Part shown: positions 19,702-28,587 of the stretch, piece by piece
Position numbering within the stretch: the stretch's first letter is position 1
Layout of the letters: each line of letters opens with the position of its first letter
Assembly: GCA_963699255.1 (NCBI GenBank)
Contig: OY969425.1
Location: 1,710,001-1,742,000, forward strand
Length of the DNA stretch: 32,000 nt
Direction: 5' to 3'
DNA from: an uncultured bacterium
GTDB lineage: Bacteria > Margulisbacteria > WOR-1 > CAVSGV01
Notes under the pieces: generated by a model
Told to the model about the DNA's origin: nothing
What the model saw: only the letters and a program-made list of their open reading frames with translations
Database searches by the model: none
Translations under genes and position numbers: made by a program

Positions 19702-19774
19702 GCGGGAGTAGCTCAGTTGGTAGAGCATTTGCTTGCCAAGCAAAAGGTCGCGGGTTCGAACCCCGTCTCCCGCT
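19702..19774 (+). tRNA. tRNA-Gly(GCC)
   Basis: Acceptor GCGGGAG/CTCCCGC, anticodon loop TTGCCAA, T-arm GCGGGTTCGAACCCCGT. Confidence 0.96.
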
Positions 19775-19777
19775 CAT

Positions 19778-19851
19778 GCGCCCGTAGCTCAATTGGATAG
19801 AGCGGCTCCCTTCGAAGGAGAAGGTTGTAGGTTCAAGTCCTATCGGGCGCG
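19778..19851 (+). tRNA. tRNA-Arg(TCG)
   Basis: Acceptor GCGCCCG/CGGGCGC, anticodon loop CTTCGAA, T-loop GTTCAAGTC. Confidence 0.94.
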
Positions 19852-19864
19852 AATGTATATTGAA

Positions 19865-19942
19865 CGGGGCGTGGCTCAGCTTGGCTAGAGCGCCTGCCTT
19901 GGGCGCAGGAGGTCGTCGGTTCAAATCCGGCCGCCCCGACCA
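19865..19942 (+). tRNA. tRNA-Pro(TGG), the only tRNA here with an encoded CCA
   Basis: Acceptor CGGGGCG/CGCCCCG, anticodon arm CCTGC-CTTGGGC-GCAGG, 3' ACCA. Confidence 0.95.
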
Positions 19943-20092
19943 TTCCGATTATATCGGAATGGAATGACAAATGACTAATTTCAAATGTCAAATTAGGGGC
20001 GATTGAAGAGTTTTGACATTGAATTTTTGGATTTGATTTGTTCATTTGTCATTTGGATTTTGATATTGCGAGTCCTGACCGAAGGTCGGGAC
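19941..20092. repeat. hairpin-flanked AT-rich repeat module, copy A
   Basis: CATTCCGAT-TAT-ATCGGAATG (19941-19961), then GAATGACAAATGACTAATTTCAAATGTCAAATTAGGGG...; inner arms AATGACAAATGA (19963-19974) / TCATTTGTCATT (20042-20053); right hairpin GTCCTGACC-GAA-GGTCGGGAC (20072-20092). Confidence 0.75.
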
Positions 20093-20097
20093 GAGTT

Positions 20098-20170
20098 GCA
20101 CCGCTAGCTCAATTGGCAGAGCAGGGCACTCTTAATGCCAAGGTTAGAGGTTCGATTCCTCTGCGGTGCA
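20098..20170 (+). tRNA. tRNA-Lys(CTT)
   Basis: Acceptor GCACCGC/GCGGTGC, anticodon loop CTCTTAA, T-arm AGAGGTTCGATTCCTCT. Confidence 0.94.
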
Positions 20171-20176
20171 TATTTT

Positions 20177-20225
20177 TCCGAAGTGGCGGAATTTGGCATA
20201 CCTGCCGGAAGGCGGGTGCGCTTAA
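20177..20225 (+). pseudogene. possible 5' fragment of a tRNA-Leu, disrupted by a short palindrome
   Basis: TCCGAAGTGGCGGAATTTGGCATAC resembles the 5' part of class II tRNA-Leu (intact copy next door: GCCGCGGTGGTGGAATTGGCAGAC). It is followed by CCTGCC-GGAA-GGCGGG (20201-20216) and has no 3' half. Confidence 0.4.
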
Positions 20226-20307
20226 GCCGCGGTGGTGGAATTGGCAGACACGCAAGACTTAGGATCTTGTGCCGAAAGGCTTGGAGGTTCGACTCCTCTC
20301 CGCGGCA
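20226..20307 (+). tRNA. tRNA-Leu(TAG)
   Basis: Acceptor GCCGCGG/CCGCGGC, anticodon arm CAAGA-CTTAGGA-TCTTG, T-arm GGAGGTTCGACTCCTC. Confidence 0.95.
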
Positions 20308-20318
20308 TTGATGAGTAT

Positions 20319-20390
20319 GCGGGAGTAGCTCAGTGGTAGAGCTCCTGCCTTCCAAGCAGGAGGTCGCGGGTTCGAATCCCGTCTCCCGCT
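20319..20390 (+). tRNA. tRNA-Gly(TCC)
   Basis: Acceptor GCGGGAG/CTCCCGC, anticodon arm CCTGC-CTTCCAA-GCAGG. Confidence 0.96.
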
Positions 20391-20397
20391 TTGTTAT

Positions 20398-20540
20398 CTC
20401 CGCCGGGGGGGGCGGAGAATGACAAATGACCAATGACAAATGTCAAATGAATGACAAAATCCCAATGTCAAATTGGGGATTGGAAATTGGGATTTAATTT
20501 GTCATTTGTTCATTGGGATTTGGAATTTGGTAATTGGTTA
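20398..20540. repeat. hairpin-flanked AT-rich repeat module, copy B
   Basis: CTCCGCC-GGGGGG-GGCGGAG (20398-20417), immediately followed by AATGACAAATGACC. 20464-20523 matches 20802-20861 of copy C at 58 of 60 positions. Confidence 0.75.
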
Positions 20541-20631
20541 TTCTTCGTAAATCGTAATTCGTAAATAGTGTTGAGTTTTATACTTGGCTAATACTGAATT
20601 GTTAATGACGAGTAATTGATTACGAAGCTGT

Positions 20632-20705
20632 GGGCCTGTAGCTCAGTTGGATAGAGCAACGGATTTCTAATCCGTCGGTCGCAGGTTCGAATCCTGTCAG
20701 GCCCG
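20632..20705 (+). tRNA. tRNA-Arg(TCT)
   Basis: Acceptor GGGCCTG/CAGGCCC, anticodon arm ACGGA-TTTCTAA-TCCGT. Confidence 0.95.
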
Positions 20706-20755
20706 AGAAAAAATGGGAGATTCGTCGGTCGTCCGCCTCAGGCGGATCAGGCCCG

Positions 20756-20881
20756 CCATCCCGACCAAAGGTCGGGATGGAATGACAAATGACCAATTAC
20801 AAATGTCAAATTGGGGATTGGAAATTGGGATTTAATTTGTAATTTGTTCATTGAGATTTGGTAATTACCCCCGGAGGGGGT
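20756..20881. repeat. hairpin-flanked AT-rich repeat module, copy C
   Basis: Left hairpin CCATCCCGACC-AAA-GGTCGGGATGG (20756-20780), immediately followed by AATGACAAATGACCAATTACAAATGTCAAATTGGGG...; right hairpin ACCCCC-GGA-GGGGGT (20867-20881). Confidence 0.75.
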
Positions 20882-20884
20882 TGT

Positions 20885-20959
20885 GGTGGGCGTAGCTCAA
20901 TTGGTTAGAGCACCAGATTGTGGATCTGGTGGTTGTCGGTTCAAGTCCGATCGTCCACC
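20885..20959 (+). tRNA. tRNA-His(GTG)
   Basis: G-1:C73, acceptor GTGGGCG/CGTCCAC, anticodon arm CCAGA-TTGTGGA-TCTGG. Confidence 0.95.
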
Positions 20960-20960
20960 C

Positions 20961-21049
20961 TTTTAATTTTGGGAGGAAAGCCATTCTGGAGGGACCCAAA
21001 ATTAAAACTAAAGTTTGGGAATAAAGCCATTTTGGAGGGGCCCAAACTT
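20961..21049 (+). promoter_or_regulatory. tandem structured RNA candidate: two hairpins with a conserved 21-nt loop upstream of tig
   Basis: TTTTAATTTTGGG-(AGGAAAGCCATTCTGGAGGGA)-CCCAAAATTAAAA (20961-21007) and AAGTTTGGG-(AATAAAGCCATTTTGGAGGGG)-CCCAAACTT (21011-21049). Confidence 0.5.
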
Positions 21050-21110
21050 GAAAGAAAATTTAATCGGTGATTAGGGGCCAGAGGATAGGGATTAAAAAGA
21101 GGAGACAATA

Positions 21111-22133
21111 TTGAAGATACTAAAACAGGATAAACAGGGGAACCAGGTAATACTTGAGGTTGAAGAAGAATATTCGAAACTTGAACCTAACATTGAAAAG
21201 GCATATGAGGAAGCTTCCAGGGATGTGAAGATGCCCGGTTTCAGGCAGGGTAAGGTGCCGGCAAACCTATTGAAGAAATACATCAATGAAGAAGCTGTTA
21301 TTGACAGGGCTGTTCAGCTTCTTATGTCTGACATTTATCCGGAATTGATCGGATCCGCTAAGATAAAACCTGTGGATTATCCGAACGTGGAGGTAAAGAA
21401 GCTTGAAAAAGGCTCACCGGTCATTTTTAATTTTAAAGTGGATGTTTATCCTGAAGTAAAGCTCGGCACATACAAGAAGATAACCCTGAAAAAACATGAT
21501 AAAGAAGTTCTGGATGAAGATGTGGATAAGACCATCGATTTCATAAAGAAAAGTTACGCGCAGCAGAGCAATGTCCCCGAAAACGAAGTATCACTGGACG
21601 ACGAATTCGCAAAAAATGTAAGCAGGACAAACACTATGCAGGAGCTGAAGGCCCTCATCAGGTCGAACGTAGAGGAAGAGAGAAAAAGAGAAGCTGATGA
21701 GGCAACTAGGGACGAGGTCGCAAAAAAGCTGTCGGAAACAATTGAAGTGGACGTTCCAAAAGGCATGGTGGAACGGGAAATAGACTCGATGATCAGCGAC
21801 CTGGAGATCTCCCTGAACAGGAGCAAGATGACACTTGCGTCTTACCTCTCCGCGGTCAAGAAGGACGTGGATAAAATAAGGGCAGAAATGAAAGCGGGTG
21901 CCGAGGGACGCATAAAAGCCAAGCTGGCGCTTGAGGCAATAGCGGAAAAGGAACAGCTGACCGTGGAGGAAGCGGATATCGACCGCGAGCTCGAGGAACT
22001 GGCCAAGCATTACGGGAAACCTGTGGAAGAATATAAAGCGGAGGTTTCCAGCGATGTAATTGATTCGATAAAGGAATACATGCTCAGGGAAAAAGCAATT
22101 GACTTTGTTATATCAAAAGCTAAAGTAGAATAA
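21111..22133 (+). CDS. tig: trigger factor lacking the FKBP-type PPIase domain
   Basis: DVKMPGFRQGKVPANLLKKYI is the ribosome-binding signature; C-terminal chaperone domain present; SD AGAGGAGA before the TTG start. Confidence 0.88.
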   Translation: MKILKQDKQGNQVILEVEEEYSKLEPNIEKAYEEASRDVKMPGFRQGKVPANLLKKYINEEAVIDRAVQLLMSDIYPELIGSAKIKPVDYPNVEVKKLEKGSPVIFNFKVDVYPEVKLGTYKKITLKKHDKEVLDEDVDKTIDFIKKSYAQQSNVPENEVSLDDEFAKNVSRTNTMQELKALIRSNVEEERKREADEATRDEVAKKLSETIEVDVPKGMVEREIDSMISDLEISLNRSKMTLASYLSAVKKDVDKIRAEMKAGAEGRIKAKLALEAIAEKEQLTVEEADIDRELEELAKHYGKPVEEYKAEVSSDVIDSIKEYMLREKAIDFVISKAKVE

Positions 22134-22140
22134 CAATGAT

Positions 22141-22242
22141 ACAATTAACAATGACTCAATGAACAATTAAGGAGAGATTATATAATATAAATCGCCGAAG
22201 GCGACACCTAGTTGTTAATTGTTTAATTGTTAATTGGTCATT
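22141..22242. repeat. AT-rich imperfect palindrome with central GC hairpin between tig and clpP
   Basis: ACAATTAACAA (22141-22151) / TTGTTAATTGT (22212-22222); AACAATTAA (22162-22170) / TTAATTGTT (22223-22231); centre TCGCC-GAA-GGCGA (22192-22204). Confidence 0.6.
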
Positions 22243-22261
22243 TTATAAAGGAGGGATCATT

Positions 22262-22894
22262 ATGTTCGAGAAATCGCAAAATGTGGTTCCCATGGTCATC
22301 GAGCAGACGGGCAGAGGAGAAAGGGCTTATGATATATTCTCAAGGCTTCTTAAAGAAAGGATAATCTTTATAGGTACCCCAATGGATGATGAAGTAGCCA
22401 ATTTAATAATCGCGCAGATGCTTTTCCTGGCGGCCGAGGACAGCGAGAAGGACATAAATATGTACATAAACAGCCCCGGAGGCGTCGTTACGGCCGGGTT
22501 GGCCATATATGACACGATGCAATATTTAAAATCACCGATCGCGACCATCTGCATCGGTCAGGCGGCCAGCATGGCAGCAACACTTCTTGCCGCTGGCACA
22601 AAAGGGAAAAGATATGTTCTTCCTAACGCGCGCATCATGATCCATCAGCCCCTGGGCGGCGCGCAGGGACAGGCGACAGATATTGAGATCCAGACCAAGG
22701 AGATCATGAGAACGAAAAAGCTGTTAAATGAGATCCTCGCGAAGCACACCGGTCAGCCGCTCGCAAAAATAGAGAAGGATACCGACAGGGATTTTTACAT
22801 GTCCGCTCAGGAAGCGGTCGAATACGGGATAGTTGATGAAGTGATCGAGACAAAAAAAGGGCTGATAAAACCGGGCAAGTCGCCCAAAGGATAA
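22262..22894 (+). CDS. clpP: ATP-dependent Clp protease proteolytic subunit
   Basis: Catalytic motifs GQAASMAA (Ser), MIHQP (His), DTDRD (Asp); SD AAGGAGG upstream. Confidence 0.96.
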   Translation: MFEKSQNVVPMVIEQTGRGERAYDIFSRLLKERIIFIGTPMDDEVANLIIAQMLFLAAEDSEKDINMYINSPGGVVTAGLAIYDTMQYLKSPIATICIGQAASMAATLLAAGTKGKRYVLPNARIMIHQPLGGAQGQATDIEIQTKEIMRTKKLLNEILAKHTGQPLAKIEKDTDRDFYMSAQEAVEYGIVDEVIETKKGLIKPGKSPKG

Positions 22895-22898
22895 GATA

Positions 22899-24128
22899 AT
22901 GACCGATCAAATTGTTTGCGCGTTTTGCGGCAAGCCGGAAGGTGCGGGCAGGCGCCTTATAGCGGGTCCTAATGCCCATATATGTGAGCAGTGCGTAAAG
23001 ATCTGTCTTGAAATAGTTGATGAGGAAAAAGGAAAGCTGCAGAGTAAACCGCCCGAAGTCATGTCAAAGATTCCGAAACCAAAAGAACTTTTTGAAATGC
23101 TGAACCAGTACGTGATAGGGCAGGATAAGGCGAAAAAAGTACTTTCTGTTGCTGTATATAATCATTACAAGAGGATTGCAAAGAGCAACAAAGAGGACGA
23201 CACAGAGATCCAGAAAAGCAATATTCTTCTGATCGGTCCCACGGGATCCGGCAAGACACTTCTCGCGCAAACGCTGGCAAAGTTATTGAATGTCCCGTTC
23301 GCCATCGCAGATGCGACCACCTTAACAGAGGCAGGTTATGTCGGTGAAGATGTTGAATCCGTCCTGACCCGGCTTCTTCAGGTTAGCGACTATGATGCCG
23401 AACGGGCTTCAAGGGGCATCGTGTATATCGACGAGATAGACAAAATATCCAGGAAATCCGAGAACCCGTCTATCACCAGGGATGTTTCCGGGGAAGGCGT
23501 CCAGCAGTCGCTGCTAAAACTTCTTGAAGGCACGGTCGCGAACGTCCCGCCCCAGGGAGGAAGAAAACATCCCCAGCAGGAATTCATCCAGCTTGATACA
23601 ACGAACATCCTGTTCATTACAGGCGGGGCTTTCCACGGGCTTGAGAACATAATAGAGCAGCGTATCGGCAAAAGAAGGATAGGGTTCAAAGGAGAAGATG
23701 AAATAAATGAAAGAGTTCGTGTAGATGTGCTTGAGCATGTTCTTCCGGACGATCTCCTTAAGTACGGCTTCATACCGGAGATCATCGGAAGGCTTCCTGC
23801 GGTCGCTGTGCTGAACCCGCTGGATGAAAAAGCATTGATCAGGATACTGAAGGAGCCCAGGAACGCGTTGGTCAAGCAATACAGGAAGCTGCTTGCGATG
23901 GACGGCGTCAAACTGGATTTCACGGATCCGGCGCTGCGGCTTATAGCGAGGGCGGCGATCAAAAGGGGTATCGGCGCAAGAGCGCTGCGGGCCATCATAG
24001 AGGAGATAATGCTTGATGTGATGTTCGAGGCGCCGTCAAAAGGAAGCGCAGGAAAAGTCGCAATTACGGAATCTATCGTCAAAAAGCTTATGAAGAAGTC
24101 CGACTTTGCTCATCTTAAGGCGGCTTAA
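22899..24128 (+). CDS. clpX: ATP-dependent Clp protease ATP-binding subunit ClpX
   Basis: Zinc finger [56 protein letters not shown]. Confidence 0.96.
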   Translation: MTDQIVCAFCGKPEGAGRRLIAGPNAHICEQCVKICLEIVDEEKGKLQSKPPEVMSKIPKPKELFEMLNQYVIGQDKAKKVLSVAVYNHYKRIAKSNKEDDTEIQKSNILLIGPTGSGKTLLAQTLAKLLNVPFAIADATTLTEAGYVGEDVESVLTRLLQVSDYDAERASRGIVYIDEIDKISRKSENPSITRDVSGEGVQQSLLKLLEGTVANVPPQGGRKHPQQEFIQLDTTNILFITGGAFHGLENIIEQRIGKRRIGFKGEDEINERVRVDVLEHVLPDDLLKYGFIPEIIGRLPAVAVLNPLDEKALIRILKEPRNALVKQYRKLLAMDGVKLDFTDPALRLIARAAIKRGIGARALRAIIEEIMLDVMFEAPSKGSAGKVAITESIVKKLMKKSDFAHLKAA

Positions 24129-24131
24129 GGC

Positions 24132-26561
24132 ATGGCAGAAGAAAAGATCGACAAGAAACATCCCGAAAAGCTGATCGAGTGGAAGGAATCCCTCCCGCTT
24201 ATTCCTCTCAGGAACATAGTTGTTTTTCCTCAGATGGTGGTCCCTCTTTTTATCGGCAGGAGCAAATCCGTGAAAGCGCTCGAAGGGGTCTTGAGCAAGG
24301 AGCGGATGGTCGTGTTCGCTTCCCAGAAAAGCGAGGATATCGAAGAACCGTCCAAGGGGGATATATGCACTATCGGCACTCTTTCTGAGGTCGTGCAGAT
24401 GCAGGCTCTCCCCGACGGGACCACAAAGGTGCTTATTGAAGGGGTTTCCCGGGTCAAAATAGAAAGCTTCATATCCGAGACGCCTTTTTTTAAAGTGAAT
24501 ATCTCAAGCATCCCCGAGATCGATGAGATGACGGTCGAAGTGGAAGCCTCGATCAGGATGATAATCAAACAATTCGAGAAATACGTGAAGCTGAACAAGA
24601 GGATACCTCCCGAGACACTAATGTCCATAATCAATATCGACAATCCCGGCAGGCTGGCGGACCTTATCGCCTCTTATCTGACCCTGAAGGTGGACGAAAA
24701 ACAGTCCATACTGGAAGCGGTGGCCGTGCAGAAAAGGCTGAGCAAGCTTTCCGAGTTCCTTGATAAGGAGATCGAGGTGCTCGAAGTTGAAAAGAAGCTT
24801 CAGGGAAAGGTAAGGCGCCAGATAGAGAAGGTCCAGAAGGAATATTACCTTAAAGAGAAGCTGCGGGCGATACAGGATGAACTTGGAGAAGAAGAGGAAG
24901 GCGCTCCGCCGGAGCTCGCCGAATATAAGAAGAAGATAGAAATGGCAAAGCTTCCGCCGGATGTGAAGGAAAAAGCGGTTAAGGAACTGGAGCGGCTTTC
25001 AAAGATGCCGTCAATGGCTGCTGAAGCCACGGTCATAAGGACATATCTTGACTGCCTGATAGAGCTTCCCTGGAAGAAAAAAACAAAGAGCAAGCTTGAT
25101 ATCGCGGAAGTGGAAAAGATCCTTAATGAGGACCATTACGGTCTTAAGAAGGTCAAGGAAAGGATACTTGAATATTTCGCGGTCCTCCAGCTGACAGGTA
25201 AGATCGGCGGTACGATACTATGCCTGATAGGGCCGCCCGGCGTGGGAAAGACCTCCATTGCGTCCTCTATCGCAAGGGCGATGGGGAGAAAGTTCACGAG
25301 GGTATCGTTGGGCGGTATGAGGGATGAGGCTGAAATAAGAGGGCACAGGCGGACATACGTCGGCGCTCTTCCTGGCAGGATCATCCAGTCGATAACCAAG
25401 GTCGGCGTGGCGAATCCCGTATTTCTTCTTGATGAAGTTGACAAAATAGGCGCTGATTTCCGCGGTGATCCGGCGGCCGCGCTGCTTGAAGTCCTTGACC
25501 CTGAACAGAACAAGACATTCACCGACCATTACCTGGATGTGCCGTTCGATCTTTCCGATGTTTTCTTTATCACCACTGCGAACACGCTGGATCCCATACC
25601 GAAGCCGCTCAGGGACAGGATGGAGATAATCGAAATGTCCGGCTATACGGAAGAGGAAAAACTCGGGATAATGAAAGGATACCTCATTCCAAAAGAGATG
25701 AAGACCCACGGGCTGAAAAGCGACCAGGTTGAATTTAATAATGACGCCCTCATTTCGATCATAAGGGAATACACGAAAGAGGCCGGGGTAAGATCGCTTG
25801 AGCGCACCGTCGCGACGATACTCAGGAAGATCGTGACAACTCTTGTTAAGAAGACAAAAGAAGGCGAGGTAACTGTCAGAAAGGAAGATCTTCATGAATA
25901 CCTGGGCGCGCCCAGATACAGGTACGGCATCGCTGAAGAAAAAGACCAGATCGGCGCTGTTACGGGGCTTGCGTGGACAGAGGTAGGCGGAGAAACAATA
26001 TCAATAGAGGTCACGATGATGAAAGGAAGAGGGAATTTAACGATAACCGGACAGCTCGGGGATGTAATGCAGGAATCCGCCAAGGCGGCCATGAGCTGCA
26101 TAAGGTCAAGGGCCGATGCCCTGGGCATAGACGAGGATTTTTACCGGAAGGCGGATATTCACATACATGTTCCTGAGGGCGCCGTGCCGAAAGACGGTCC
26201 GTCCGCTGGCATCACGATCGCCACAGCCCTGGCCTCTGCCCTGACCCAGATCCCTATCAGGCACGATGTCGCGATGACGGGAGAGATAACGCTTCTGGGG
26301 AAGGTCCTCCCGATAGGAGGCCTTAAGGAAAAGCTTTTGGCGGCTAAGAGGGCCGGGATAACCGAAGTGATCATCCCCGAAGAAAACAGGAAAGATCTGG
26401 ATGAAATAAGGGAGGAAATTCCAGGCGATATGAAATTCCATCTGGTCAAGGAGATCGATGAAGTCCTTGATATCGCCCTGACAAAAAAACCCGAACCCAA
26501 AAGAGGTGAAGAGGCACCGCGAAAGTATCCTCCTACCATAGAAGGACAAATGCTCGCTTAA
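24132..26561 (+). CDS. lon: ATP-dependent protease La (Lon)
   Basis: [61 protein letters not shown]. Confidence 0.96.
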   Translation: MAEEKIDKKHPEKLIEWKESLPLIPLRNIVVFPQMVVPLFIGRSKSVKALEGVLSKERMVVFASQKSEDIEEPSKGDICTIGTLSEVVQMQALPDGTTKVLIEGVSRVKIESFISETPFFKVNISSIPEIDEMTVEVEASIRMIIKQFEKYVKLNKRIPPETLMSIINIDNPGRLADLIASYLTLKVDEKQSILEAVAVQKRLSKLSEFLDKEIEVLEVEKKLQGKVRRQIEKVQKEYYLKEKLRAIQDELGEEEEGAPPELAEYKKKIEMAKLPPDVKEKAVKELERLSKMPSMAAEATVIRTYLDCLIELPWKKKTKSKLDIAEVEKILNEDHYGLKKVKERILEYFAVLQLTGKIGGTILCLIGPPGVGKTSIASSIARAMGRKFTRVSLGGMRDEAEIRGHRRTYVGALPGRIIQSITKVGVANPVFLLDEVDKIGADFRGDPAAALLEVLDPEQNKTFTDHYLDVPFDLSDVFFITTANTLDPIPKPLRDRMEIIEMSGYTEEEKLGIMKGYLIPKEMKTHGLKSDQVEFNNDALISIIREYTKEAGVRSLERTVATILRKIVTTLVKKTKEGEVTVRKEDLHEYLGAPRYRYGIAEEKDQIGAVTGLAWTEVGGETISIEVTMMKGRGNLTITGQLGDVMQESAKAAMSCIRSRADALGIDEDFYRKADIHIHVPEGAVPKDGPSAGITIATALASALTQIPIRHDVAMTGEITLLGKVLPIGGLKEKLLAAKRAGITEVIIPEENRKDLDEIREEIPGDMKFHLVKEIDEVLDIALTKKPEPKRGEEAPRKYPPTIEGQMLA

Positions 26562-26565
26562 TAAC

Positions 26566-28587
26566 ATGGAATACAAGAGTACTTTAAACCTTCCCAGAAC
26601 GGATTTCCCCATCAAAGTTAAACATTTAACGCTTGAACCCGAGATACTATCTTTCTGGGAGAGCGGGGATGTTTACAGTAAAATGCTCCGGAAGAATTCG
26701 GGCAACAAGAAATATGTGCTTCACGACGGACCGCCCTATCCGAACGGGGATATTCACCTGGGGCACGCGCTGAACAAGATACTCAAGGATATAGTGGTGA
26801 AATACAGATCGATGGCGGGATTTTATTCCCCTTATATTCCCGGCTGGGACTGCCACGGACTTCCTATTGAGACCCAGATGATAAAGGAGCTGAGCGTTAA
26901 AAGAAAAACAATGAGCGTTTCCGATTTCAGGGAGAAATGCCAGGAATATGCCTTAAGCTATGTGAATGTCCAGCGCGAGGAATTCAAGCGGCTCGGATGC
27001 TTCGGCGACTGGAACAACCCTTATCTGACCATCAAACATAATTATGAAAGCAGGGTCGTTGAGCTTTTTGGCATACTTGCCGAGAAGGGGTATATTTACA
27101 GGGGGCTTAAGCCGATCCACTGGTGCCCAAATGATGAGACTGCCCTTGCGGAAGCGGAAATAGAATACGAAGATGATCCCTCTTCCTCGATCTACGTGAA
27201 GTTCAAGGTAAAGTCCGTTGAATCCAAAAGCCCGGAATTCAAGGTTCTTCAGGACGTTCTGACCGGTGATTCTTATTTTGTCGTATGGACGACCACCCCA
27301 TGGACGCTTCCCGCCAATGTCGCCATAGCGGCACATCCCGATTATGAGTATGTCGCGATCCTGGTGGGCACGGAGATATATGTTGTTGCCGAGGGGCTGC
27401 TTGAAACTTTCGTGAATAAATTGGGGATAAAAGGGCATAAGGCAGTCGGAAAGTTCAAAGGAAAAGTGCTGGAAGGCATTATCTGCAAGCATCCTTTTGT
27501 TGAAAGGGAAGTGCCGGTCGTGCTTGACACCTACGTCACGCTTGAACAGGGAACGGGACTTGTTCATATAGCTCCCGGACACGGCGAGGAAGATTATCAG
27601 GTCGGACTTAAATACAAGCTCCCGATCGTGATGCCGGTGGATGAAAAGGGTTTCTTCACGGAAGAAGCGGGCAAATATGCCGGAAAACGCTTTGATGAGG
27701 CAAATGAGCTGATAATCGCCGATATGAAGCGGGACGGCTCCCTCTTATTCGTCGAGGAGGTCAAGCACAGCTATCCCCATTGCTGGAGATGCAAGAAACC
27801 CGTCATATTCAGGGCGACGGAGCAATGGTTCATTTCCGTCGACCATGATAATTTAAGGGCGGAGGCGCTGAAGGCGATCGGTGAAACAAAATGGTATCCC
27901 GCGTGGGGGGAGAACAGGATCAGGGGTATGGTCACTCAGCGTCCCGACTGGTGCATATCAAGGCAGCGTTCATGGGGTATACCGATACCGGCTTTCTTCT
28001 GCAAGAAGTGCGGCGCTCCCCAATACAAGGGAAAGTTCAACAAGGCGGTCGCGGAGCTATTCAAAGAAAAGGGCTCAAGTTCCTGGTTCACGACAGAACC
28101 CAAAGATATCGCAGGAGGCCTTAAGTGCGATAAATGCGGCTCATCCGACTTTGAGAAAGAAACCGATATCTTCGATGTCTGGTTCGAGTCGGGAGCATCC
28201 CACTGGGCTGTCCTGTGGGGGGAGAAAGACCTTTCCTGGCCCTGCGACCTGTACCTTGAAGGCAGCGACCAGCATCGCGGATGGTTCCAGACCTCGCTTC
28301 TTACATCCGTCGGGGCAAAAGGCAGGGCGCCTTACAGATCGGTCCTGACGCACGGGTTCACGGTGGATGAATCGGGGAAAAAGATGAGCAAATCCCTCGG
28401 GAACGTGGTGGACCCGCAGGTCGTGGTGAAAGAATTCGGCGCTGATGCCCTTAGGCTCTGGGTCGCATCCGCCGATTTCAGGAATGACATGAGCGCTTCA
28501 AAGGATATTTTGAAGCACGTCGCGGAAGCTTTCTCTAAGATCCGGAATACCTGCAGGTTCCTGCTTCTCAAATTTGAACGATTTTGA
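26566..28587 (+). CDS. ileS: isoleucine--tRNA ligase, N-terminal ~80% (upstream part of a frameshifted gene)
   Basis: HDGPPYPNGDIHLGHALNKILKDIV, GWDCHGLPIE, KMSKSLGNVVDPQ; ends abruptly at RNTCRFLLLKFERF*. Confidence 0.92.
   Translation: MEYKSTLNLPRTDFPIKVKHLTLEPEILSFWESGDVYSKMLRKNSGNKKYVLHDGPPYPNGDIHLGHALNKILKDIVVKYRSMAGFYSPYIPGWDCHGLPIETQMIKELSVKRKTMSVSDFREKCQEYALSYVNVQREEFKRLGCFGDWNNPYLTIKHNYESRVVELFGILAEKGYIYRGLKPIHWCPNDETALAEAEIEYEDDPSSSIYVKFKVKSVESKSPEFKVLQDVLTGDSYFVVWTTTPWTLPANVAIAAHPDYEYVAILVGTEIYVVAEGLLETFVNKLGIKGHKAVGKFKGKVLEGIICKHPFVEREVPVVLDTYVTLEQGTGLVHIAPGHGEEDYQVGLKYKLPIVMPVDEKGFFTEEAGKYAGKRFDEANELIIADMKRDGSLLFVEEVKHSYPHCWRCKKPVIFRATEQWFISVDHDNLRAEALKAIGETKWYPAWGENRIRGMVTQRPDWCISRQRSWGIPIPAFFCKKCGAPQYKGKFNKAVAELFKEKGSSSWFTTEPKDIAGGLKCDKCGSSDFEKETDIFDVWFESGASHWAVLWGEKDLSWPCDLYLEGSDQHRGWFQTSLLTSVGAKGRAPYRSVLTHGFTVDESGKKMSKSLGNVVDPQVVVKEFGADALRLWVASADFRNDMSASKDILKHVAEAFSKIRNTCRFLLLKFERF

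Noticed and set aside
19679-20439. ORFs 19679..19924(-), 19833..20045(-), 20038..20262(+) and 20104..20439(-), with peptides such as GAAGFEPTTSCAQGRRSS and APLAQLAEQGTLNAKVRGSIPLRC
   Set aside because: These are conceptual translations of tRNA genes, a well-known annotation artefact. They cover the tRNA array and are not proteins.
23390-26615. Long antisense ORFs opposite clpX and lon (230, 225, 169 aa and others)
   Set aside because: Shadow ORFs of strongly conserved genes on the plus strand; low-complexity Ser/Ile-rich translations.
27881-28348. 155-aa plus-strand ORF within ileS
   Set aside because: Out-of-frame translation of the IleRS coding sequence with no independent support.
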